DNA of 64,000 nucleotides, taken from Sporichthyaceae bacterium. Lineage in GTDB: Bacteria; Actinomycetota; Actinomycetes; JACCUZ01. Location of the stretch: the NCBI GenBank assembly GCA_031365725.1, contig JANLYQ010000072.1, positions 16,489-80,488 on the forward strand, read 5' to 3'. The notes beneath the pieces are model-generated. The model was not told the origin of the DNA, ran no database searches, and was given only the letters and a program-made list of their open reading frames with translations. Both the position numbers and the translations under genes were made by a program. This document shows, piece by piece, positions 1-6,841 of this stretch. Positions within the stretch are counted from its first letter, which is position 1. Each line of letters starts with the position of its first letter.

Positions 1-581
1 GTCGGCGGCCGGAAGGTGGCCATGTCGACGCCGTGCGGTGCGACGTCGATGCGATCGTGGTCGGCGTCGAGGAGCCGCACGAGCTCGTCCCGCGTCGACC
101 GCGACGGGACGACGACGCGGGTGGCCCGGCGTACGGCGGTGCGGGTCGCCGACCGGTAGAACCCGGTCTTGAGCGCACTGTGCAGCTCGGGCTCGGAGAA
201 GTAGGTCGCATCGTGCACGGTCACCACCGTCGACATGGGAGCGTGCAGCGGCATCGTGTAGTAGGGCGAGTGGATGACCTCGGCCTCGACCTGCTGGGCG
301 ATCAGTGGCAGGCCGGTCTGCTCCCAGGCGAGCCGCGCCGGTCGGTGCGCCACAGCCGATGGGCCGGGGATGATCTCGACCGAGGACGCCCCGCCGGTGA
401 GCAGCGTGAAGCGTTGCGCGTCGGAACGCTGACAGACGACCACGAGGTCGCGACCGGCCGCGGCGAGAGCAGCGACGAGCCCGTCGACGTACCTCCCGAC
501 CCCCCCGCGGTCTGCAGGCACCGCGGTTGCGTCGAGGAGCACCTTGGGTGCTCCCGACGACTCTGTTGACACTGGCGACAT
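1..581 (-). CDS. glycosyltransferase family 4 (GT-B) protein, N-terminal portion; gene runs off the window start (C-terminus not in window)
   Basis: Reverse-strand translation from ATG at 579-581 gives MSPVSTESSGAPKVLLDATAVPADRGGVGRYVDGLVAALAAAGRDLVVVCQR..., a typical GT4 N-terminal domain. GAAGGAG Shine-Dalgarno lies 3 nt upstream (584-590 on + as CTCCTTC). Frame stays open to position 1. Absent from the ORF track because it is cut by the window edge. The + strand ORF 33..569 is its antisense shadow. Confidence 0.6.
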   Translation of the reverse strand, partial: MSPVSTESSGAPKVLLDATAVPADRGGVGRYVDGLVAALAAAGRDLVVVCQRSDAQRFTLLTGGASSVEIIPGPSAVAHRPARLAWEQTGLPLIAQQVEAEVIHSPYYTMPLHAPMSTVVTVHDATYFSEPELHSALKTGFYRSATRTAVRRATRVVVPSRSTRDELVRLLDADHDRIDVAPHGVDMATFRPP

Positions 582-682
582 CACTCCTTCTGCGACGACC
601 GTCCCCTGCGTGGCAGCCTACGCCGCGCTGCCGGGCAGCGCGGGGCAGACCCGAGCAGCGGGTCGACCGGATCGTGGTCGTG

Positions 683-2764
683 TCAGCCGAGGAAGGTGCT
701 CGTGGTCGTTGCGCCCGAGGCGGGGTCTGGTCTGATCGAGACCCGCGCGACGAAGCTGCGACCCCGAACCACCGTCGGAGTGCTGTCGTGGTCGCCGTCC
801 CAGTCGCCGACGACATGTCGGTCCCGGCCCGGCGATCTGCCTGCGGGAAGGCCATAGGACAGGGCCACCCGCGGGCCTAGTGCATGTCCGGTGCCGAGGC
901 CGCGCAGCACCCAGGTGGTGCCGCGGGCGACGCCCACGCCGGTGCGAGCCGCGCCGTCCCACGACCCGACGACCGGGACGTCACCGGTGCGGCCGAAGCG
1001 GAAGCTGCGCTGGGCGTGACCGCCGGACAGGGTGCGGCGCAACAGCCAGGTCAGACCGCGACTGCGACTGGGACCTGCGCTGCGCACGACACCCAGGCCG
1101 AGGCTGGTGCCGGTCCAGGACCCGATCACCGGACGGTCGCCGGCCCGGCCGAAGCGCACCGTCGTCGTGGGTGCGCCGCCGGTGAGGCCGGCGCGCAGCA
1201 GCCACGTGCCGGCGCGGAACACCCCGAGGTCGCTGCGCCCGTCGTGGTCCCAGTCGCCGACGACGGCGATGTCACCGGGCCGGCCGTAGGCGAACCTCTT
1301 GGTCCACGGACCGCTCGGGCCGGTCATCGACAGCGCGACCTGCCCGTCGCGGAACCACCCCGGCTCCTGCCGGCCGTCGCCGTCCCAGTCACCGACCAGG
1401 GGCTGCGCGGAGGGTCCGCCGGTATGCCGCACCGCGGTGGTGAACCCCGGAGAGCTCAGACCGAGCGCTTCCTTGACGTCCCACCCGTCGACGTACGTCG
1501 TGAGGAGACGGCCGGCACGCAGCCCGGTGATGCGCACGCCGGTGACGCGTTCGGCCGAGCCGCGCGGCGGCACCGAGATGCTGCTGATCGAGGCGAAGCC
1601 GAGGCGCCGGGCCAGCGTCGACCAGGTGAACCCGACCGCCCACGAGCGCTTGCCGGCCGGGTTGGAGGAGGCGGCGTCCCACGCGGAGTCATCGACCGGG
1701 CGCAGGAACGGGGCCTCGACGCCCCAGACGTAGCGCTCGTCCTCGCTGTAGCCGCCGGTGGAGGAGGAGTAGAACGCGTCGATCATGGTGCCGGTCGTGG
1801 TGGCGGCGATGACCTGTCCGGCGGTGGCGTCGACCGCAGCACGCCAGGCCGCGCCCCAGGCGCCGCCCGGTCCCTCTGACTCCTTGGCCCAGCCGGTCCA
1901 GTTCTGGTCGGCGGGGGTCGGCATGAGGATGCGACCGGCCCGCTTGGCGGCGTACGTCCGGGCCGCGATGGCCTGCGCCTGAAGGGCAGCGGCGGGGAAG
2001 GAGGAGGGGACCTCGGCGAGGCCCCAGAGGTACTTCTCCATCGCCGGGCCCTCGGGGGTGGAGTCGATCTGCTGCACCGCGTCGATCAGTCCACCGTCGA
2101 TGGTGAGCGCGGTCCAGTCCCAACGGGTGGAGCGTTCGAGGTAGATCGAGGAGCCCTGCCAGGTCGTGAGGTGGGCGACCGAGCCGCCCTCCTGCAGTCG
2201 CAGCGGTGCGGCCGCCGAGCCGCCGGTCCACAGCGCGAGCTTCGGGCTCACGCCGAGGTCGTAGAGCACGAATGCGTTGTGGGTCGCGTCGTCGAGCCGC
2301 AGCTGCCAGCGGGCGCCCTGCGGCTGGACCGGCGGGCAGGGGGGCGGAGGAGTGGTGGGGGCAGGAGTCGTGGGGGCAGGAGTGGTGGGGGGTTCCGGGA
2401 GGCAGCCGGGCACCGTCCAGGTGAGGGCTCCGGCCACGGCGTCGATGTCGACCCGGTAGCCGTTGTCGAGCAGCCGCAGCAGGACCGAGGACGGCATCGG
2501 GCGGGGTACGACGGCCGTGCCGGTGTAGTAGCGGGTGAGGATGTCCTGCGCCGAGCAGCCGAGCCGGGCCGCACCTTCGGCGCCGTACTGGCTCATCCCG
2601 AGGCCATGACCCCAGCCACCGCCCTGGAAGACGACGTCGCCGCTCGCGGTCGCTCGCGGGATCGCCACGCCACCCGAGGCGGGACAGATCGCCGCGGCCG
2701 CCGGGCCGACGACGGGGCCGGCTGCGACCAGCGGCAGCAGCAGAGTGGCGGCGAGGGCGGCCAT
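683..2764 (-). CDS. secreted SpoIID/LytB-domain protein (amidase enhancer / lytic transglycosylase-like) fused to C-terminal FG-GAP/VCBS-like repeats (GDWDGDG, VGDWDHDG, VVGDWDGD)
   Basis: SpoIID signatures GGGWGHGLGMSQYGAEGAA and FYSSSTGGYSED. Signal peptide MAALAATLLLPLVAAG begins at the ATG at 2762-2764. The track ORF 683..2869 uses a TTG start and adds 35 Arg/Pro-rich residues, judged less likely. Pro/Thr linker PTTPAPTTPAPTTPPPP is encoded by a 15-nt tandem repeat. Confidence 0.7.
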   Translation of the reverse strand: MAALAATLLLPLVAAGPVVGPAAAAICPASGGVAIPRATASGDVVFQGGGWGHGLGMSQYGAEGAARLGCSAQDILTRYYTGTAVVPRPMPSSVLLRLLDNGYRVDIDAVAGALTWTVPGCLPEPPTTPAPTTPAPTTPPPPCPPVQPQGARWQLRLDDATHNAFVLYDLGVSPKLALWTGGSAAAPLRLQEGGSVAHLTTWQGSSIYLERSTRWDWTALTIDGGLIDAVQQIDSTPEGPAMEKYLWGLAEVPSSFPAAALQAQAIAARTYAAKRAGRILMPTPADQNWTGWAKESEGPGGAWGAAWRAAVDATAGQVIAATTTGTMIDAFYSSSTGGYSEDERYVWGVEAPFLRPVDDSAWDAASSNPAGKRSWAVGFTWSTLARRLGFASISSISVPPRGSAERVTGVRITGLRAGRLLTTYVDGWDVKEALGLSSPGFTTAVRHTGGPSAQPLVGDWDGDGRQEPGWFRDGQVALSMTGPSGPWTKRFAYGRPGDIAVVGDWDHDGRSDLGVFRAGTWLLRAGLTGGAPTTTVRFGRAGDRPVIGSWTGTSLGLGVVRSAGPSRSRGLTWLLRRTLSGGHAQRSFRFGRTGDVPVVGSWDGAARTGVGVARGTTWVLRGLGTGHALGPRVALSYGLPAGRSPGRDRHVVGDWDGDHDSTPTVVRGRSFVARVSIRPDPASGATTTSTFLG
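2341..2390. repeat. 15-nt tandem repeat (~3.3 copies, unit GGGGGCAGGAGTGGT) encoding the Pro/Thr linker of the SpoIID-domain protein
   Basis: ggggcggaggagtggt / gggggcaggagtcgt / gggggcaggagtggt / ggggggttcc read directly in sequence; in frame (multiple of 3). Confidence 0.7.
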
Positions 2765-2963
2765 CAGCGGCGCGCGGACCGAACGCAGGGAGCTGGACGG
2801 CCGTGGGCGCACAGGGACCTCCTCCTCGGGACCATGCTCTGCCCCAAGGGCAGGCGGCGTGTGACGCAAGGGACTGATGGTACTGGTGGGACTGAATTGT
2901 CGTGCTGACCCGCCATCGACCTGCGGGTCCCCTTCCTTGACGTTTCACCTAAGGTTGTCGCCG

Positions 2964-4079
2964 ATGCGCCTCCTGTTCTTCGGCACCTACGACGCTGGGG
3001 CGCACCCCCGGGTCGCGGTGCTCCGCGACGGCCTGCGGGCCCACGGCAGCACCGTCCTCGAGTGCAACGTGCCCATCGGGCTCTCGACCGCTGCGCGGGT
3101 GTCGATGCTGCGCGCGCCCTGGACGTTGCCGCGACTGGCGTGGCGACTGCTGCGTTGCTGGACGGAGCTGACGCTGCGGTCGCGTCGCTGGCGGACGCCG
3201 ACCAGCTGGCCGGACGCCGTGGTGGTGGGCTACCTCGGGCACTTCGACGTGCTGCTGGCCCGACGGCTGTTCCCGCACGTCCCGATCGTGCTCGACCACC
3301 TGGTCGGGGCCTCTGACACCGCCGGCGATCGGGGCGTCAGCGGCGGTGTGCGCCAGCAGCTCTTGCGCCGACTCGATGCGACAGCACTGGGCAGCGCCGA
3401 CATCGTCGTGGTGGACACCGCCGAACATCGCGCCGCATTGCAGCTGCCGCACCGGGCCCGCGCCGTCGTGGTGCCGGTCGGCGCGCCCGAGTCGTGGTTC
3501 GACGCCGGGGACGCGACCCGCACGACGACCTACGACGGTCCGCTCCAGGTGGTGTTCTTCGGGTTGTTCACTCCGCTGCAGGGAGCACCGGTCATCGGCG
3601 AGGCACTGGCGATGCTCACCGGCGTGACGACGACGATGATCGGCACCGGCCAGGACCTGGCGCGGACCCGTGAGCTCGCGGGCGACTCCCCTGACATCAC
3701 CTGGCTGGACTGGGTCGAGGGCGAGGACCTGCCCTCGGTGGTCGCCGGGCACGACGTCTGCCTCGGCATCTTCGGCACCGGTCCGAAGGCGTTACGCGTG
3801 GTCCCCAACAAGGTGTTCCAGGGTGCTGCGGCCGGCTGCGCGATCGTGACCTCCGACACCGAGCCGCAGTCCCGCGCGCTGCGGCAGGCGGCGGTGCTCG
3901 TGCCCCCCGGCGACCCGGCCGCGCTGGCCGACGAGCTGCACGCCTTGGCTGCCGACCGGGACCGGCTCGCTGCCGCCCGCAGCGCCGCGCGCGACCTGGC
4001 CCGCGCGGCGTTCACCCCCACCGCCGTCACCGCACCGCTGCACGAACGCCTGCTCGCCGTCGTACCCCGGAGGCCTTGA
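2964..4079 (+). CDS. glycosyltransferase family 4
   Basis: MRLLFFGTYDAGAHPRVAVL...; C-terminal GT-B nucleotide-binding half (ITWLDWVEGEDLPSVVAGHDVCLGIFGTGPKALRVVPNKVFQGAAAGCAIVTSD). ATG at 2964 chosen over the longer track ORF (2877), whose N-terminal extension is not GT-like. Divergent from the SpoIID-domain gene. Confidence 0.75.
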   Translation: MRLLFFGTYDAGAHPRVAVLRDGLRAHGSTVLECNVPIGLSTAARVSMLRAPWTLPRLAWRLLRCWTELTLRSRRWRTPTSWPDAVVVGYLGHFDVLLARRLFPHVPIVLDHLVGASDTAGDRGVSGGVRQQLLRRLDATALGSADIVVVDTAEHRAALQLPHRARAVVVPVGAPESWFDAGDATRTTTYDGPLQVVFFGLFTPLQGAPVIGEALAMLTGVTTTMIGTGQDLARTRELAGDSPDITWLDWVEGEDLPSVVAGHDVCLGIFGTGPKALRVVPNKVFQGAAAGCAIVTSDTEPQSRALRQAAVLVPPGDPAALADELHALAADRDRLAAARSAARDLARAAFTPTAVTAPLHERLLAVVPRRP

Positions 4080-4855
4080 TGTCTGTCCCTCCCACGCCGT
4101 TGCCGCCGCTGAGTCCCAACGCCTGGCTGCGCTGGGAGGTGGTGTCGCGCATGCTGCCGCCCGGGCGGCTCGACGTGCTCGAGATGGGCTGCGGGCAGGG
4201 CGGTTTCGGTGCTCGGCTGGCCCGCGAGCACCGCTATCTCGGCGTCGAGCCGGACGGGGTGTCGAGCGCGGTCGCGCGGACCCGCATCGAGCCCAGCGGC
4301 GGCGAGGTGCGCCAAGGCGACCTGGCCGTGGTCGGCGCCGACGAGCTCTTCGACCTGGTCGTGGCGTTCGAGGTGATCGAGCACATCGAGCACGACGTCG
4401 AGGCGCTCACCGGCTGGGCTGCGCACCTGCGTCCGGGTGGCTGGCTACTGCTGTCGACCCCCGCGTGGCAGAAGCGGTTCGGGCCGGCGGACGAGGCGGT
4501 CGGGCACTTCCGCCGCTACGACCCGCCGGTGCTCGAGTCGCGGCTGCAGCAGGCCGGGCTGGTCGACGTCCAGCTGGTGCACGTCGGTGCGCCGTTGGGC
4601 TACGCGCTGGAAGCCGGGCGCAACGCGGTGCACCGGCGCCGGTTGGCCGCGGGCGGTTCCGCGCGGTCGGGGCACGACGCACCGGCGCCGTCGATGGCGC
4701 AGCGCTCCGATGCCAGTGGTCGCACGCTGCAGCCGGGCACGCCGTGGACGGCAACCGCTGCCCGGCTCGGGACCCTCCCGTTCCGCAAGCTGCAGCACGC
4801 GTTCCCGCGCTCCGGGCCGGGTCTGGTGGCGCGGGCTCGCAAGCCGGTCGCCTGA
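4079..4855 (+). CDS. class I SAM-dependent methyltransferase
   Basis: Motif I LDVLEMGCGQGGFGARL; post-I acidic residue and motif II (DLVVAFEVIEHIE); LRPGGWLLLSTP. ATG at 4079-4081 overlaps the upstream TGA (4077-4079) by 1 nt, TGATG. Confidence 0.7.
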   Translation: MSVPPTPLPPLSPNAWLRWEVVSRMLPPGRLDVLEMGCGQGGFGARLAREHRYLGVEPDGVSSAVARTRIEPSGGEVRQGDLAVVGADELFDLVVAFEVIEHIEHDVEALTGWAAHLRPGGWLLLSTPAWQKRFGPADEAVGHFRRYDPPVLESRLQQAGLVDVQLVHVGAPLGYALEAGRNAVHRRRLAAGGSARSGHDAPAPSMAQRSDASGRTLQPGTPWTATAARLGTLPFRKLQHAFPRSGPGLVARARKPVA

Positions 4856-4868
4856 GGGGCGTTCCCTG

Positions 4869-5873
4869 CTACCTCTCGTGGTCCACTTCGGGGCGGGCGG
4901 AGCGCGGGAGCACCGGGAGCAGGGCGGCGCTCAAAGCCAGCAGGCCGTCGGTGAGCACGAGGACCGCGCGTGAGGTGAGAGCAACAGCTGTCGCCTCGGA
5001 CGTGGACAGCACCGCCGCCAGCAGCGCGACCAGCACCGCCTCACGCACACCCACCCCCGCGGGCAGCACGACGAGCAACGGCCCCAGGGAGAAGGCGATG
5101 GCAAATCCGCCGATCGCGACCGGCAGCGCCGACACCGGGTCGGCTCCTAGCCCGACGGCGAGCAACCAGACGTGCCCGCCATAGACAGCCCAGAACGCCA
5201 CCGCCCACGCGACTCCGCGGGCGATGTCCCGACCAGCCAGCGGCTCGTCAAGTCCGGGACGTCGGATGACCCGCAGCGCGGTGTTCAGCAACCGGTTGAG
5301 CACCGTCGGCACCAGCAGTGCCAGCAGCACCGGCAGGGCCAGCAGCCCGAACAGAACGACCCGGCCCTCGGCTCCCACCAGAGCCGGCAGCGCAGCAACG
5401 CCGACCAGGACCCCGACCAGCGTCGACAGCCCCAGGGTCAACAGGAAGGCGAGAGCCATCCGCTGCCGGGGCACCCCCAGCTCGCGACCCATCCGCATCT
5501 GCGCCACCACCGGCCAGACGGCACCGGGGAGGTACTTTCCCAGCTGGGTCACGAAGAACAGGCGGGCCGCCGGGAGCACCGACAGGCTCGACCCGAGCAC
5601 CCGCAACGTCCCGCGCCACAAGAGAAAGCTCATGACCAGGCCGATCAGCGCCATAGCGAGCGCTCCGACCAGCACGAGTGGGCGCTGCCGACCGAGCTGG
5701 TCACCGACCTCCGACCACTGGCCGGCCAGCGACCACCCGAAGGCCGCAACGACGAGGACCACGAACACCGCCGACACCAGCGGGCGGCGCCACGACGAGC
5801 GGCCGGCGGGATCTTGCTCAGCCTCGACGTCGGAATCGCCGTCGGAGTCGTCCGGCGGGTCGGAGGAGACCAC
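4869..5873 (-). CDS. polytopic membrane protein, lysylphosphatidylglycerol-synthase-TM-domain-like / putative flippase (UPF0104-like)
   Basis: 8 or more hydrophobic helices (LVSAVFVVLVVAAFGWSLAG..., FFVTQLGKYLPGAVWPVVAQ...). Proposed GTG start at 5871-5873 lies 6 nt after the stop of the upstream GT2 gene. The rest of the 542-aa track ORF overlaps the GT2 gene in another frame and is low-complexity, so it was trimmed. Confidence 0.55.
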   Translation of the reverse strand: MVSSDPPDDSDGDSDVEAEQDPAGRSSWRRPLVSAVFVVLVVAAFGWSLAGQWSEVGDQLGRQRPLVLVGALAMALIGLVMSFLLWRGTLRVLGSSLSVLPAARLFFVTQLGKYLPGAVWPVVAQMRMGRELGVPRQRMALAFLLTLGLSTLVGVLVGVAALPALVGAEGRVVLFGLLALPVLLALLVPTVLNRLLNTALRVIRRPGLDEPLAGRDIARGVAWAVAFWAVYGGHVWLLAVGLGADPVSALPVAIGGFAIAFSLGPLLVVLPAGVGVREAVLVALLAAVLSTSEATAVALTSRAVLVLTDGLLALSAALLPVLPRSARPEVDHER

Positions 5874-5878
5874 CGGGG

Positions 5879-6796
5879 CTAGACCTCCGAGCGCGACCGG
5901 ACGATGAGGTCCGCCAGCAGCGCCAGGGCAGCCACCAGCATGCCGGTGATCAGGATCAGCACGGTGTTGACCGAGAACCGCACCGGGTGGACGACCAGGT
6001 CGTAGACCGCCTTGAGCATCCCCACCCCGATCAGCGTGAGCGCCGGGGGCATCAGGACCTTGAGCGGGTTGAAGTACATGACCATGCGCAGCACTTGCAG
6101 GATGTAGCGGTAGGCGTCCTTGGTGAAGTGGAACTTCGAGACACCGGAGCGCTTGGCATAGCTGATCGGCACGTAGCGGATGTCGTGCTGGTTGGACAGG
6201 AACGCCAGCGTGATGGTCGTGACGCAGGAGAAACCCGCCGGCAGCAGCCGCAGGTAGGGCAAGGACACCGTGCGGCGGAAGGCGCGCAGGCCGGAGTTGA
6301 GGTCGGGGATCGAGGAGTTGGACAGCTTCTCGGCGATCTTGCGGATGACCCATTTCGCCGGCACCCGCAACAGCTTGTGGGTGCCCTCTTCGCTGGTGCG
6401 CGCCCCGACGACCTGGTCGTATGTCGGGTCGTCGCGCAGCATCAGGACGAGCTCGGGGATGCGCTCGTTGGGGTAGGTCATGTCGGCGTCGGTCCACACC
6501 ACGATCTCGCCGCGCGCCTCGAGGGTGCCGATGCGCCGGGCTGTGCCCGACCCGCCGTTGCGCCGGAACGGCATCAGGCGCATCGCGGGGAACCGCGGCA
6601 GCGCATCCTGCAGCAGCGCGAGGGTGTTGTCGGTCGAGGCGTCGTCGATGGCCAGCAGCTCATACGTCAGGCCGCTGGCGTCCATCGCCGCGCAGATCCG
6701 CTCGACCTCGGCGATGACGTGCTCGTGCTCGTTGAAGCACGGCAGCACGATCGTCACCAGGGGCGCAGTGGTGGCGGGGGCCGGTTGCTCGCTCAT
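5879..6796 (-). CDS. glycosyltransferase family 2, polyprenol-phosphate sugar synthase-like (DPM1/GtrB-like) with C-terminal membrane helices
   Basis: VTIVLPCFNEHEHV..., LLAIDDASTDNT, VVWTDADMTYP (DXD-like), C-terminal TM helices as in Ppm1/GtrB. Confidence 0.8.
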   Translation of the reverse strand: MSEQPAPATTAPLVTIVLPCFNEHEHVIAEVERICAAMDASGLTYELLAIDDASTDNTLALLQDALPRFPAMRLMPFRRNGGSGTARRIGTLEARGEIVVWTDADMTYPNERIPELVLMLRDDPTYDQVVGARTSEEGTHKLLRVPAKWVIRKIAEKLSNSSIPDLNSGLRAFRRTVSLPYLRLLPAGFSCVTTITLAFLSNQHDIRYVPISYAKRSGVSKFHFTKDAYRYILQVLRMVMYFNPLKVLMPPALTLIGVGMLKAVYDLVVHPVRFSVNTVLILITGMLVAALALLADLIVRSRSEV

Positions 6797-6841
6797 GTCC
6801 CGCCCAGCCTATCGGCGTACCGCGGTCAGCCCGGCGCTTGC

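Noticed and set aside
33-569. 178-aa plus-strand ORF at window start
   Set aside because: Antisense to the truncated GT4 gene, whose ATG (581) has a perfect GAAGGAG SD.
2765-2869. TTG-initiated 35-codon N-terminal extension of the SpoIID-domain protein
   Set aside because: The ATG at 2764 is followed immediately by a canonical signal peptide. The extension is Pro/Arg-rich and would bury the signal peptide.
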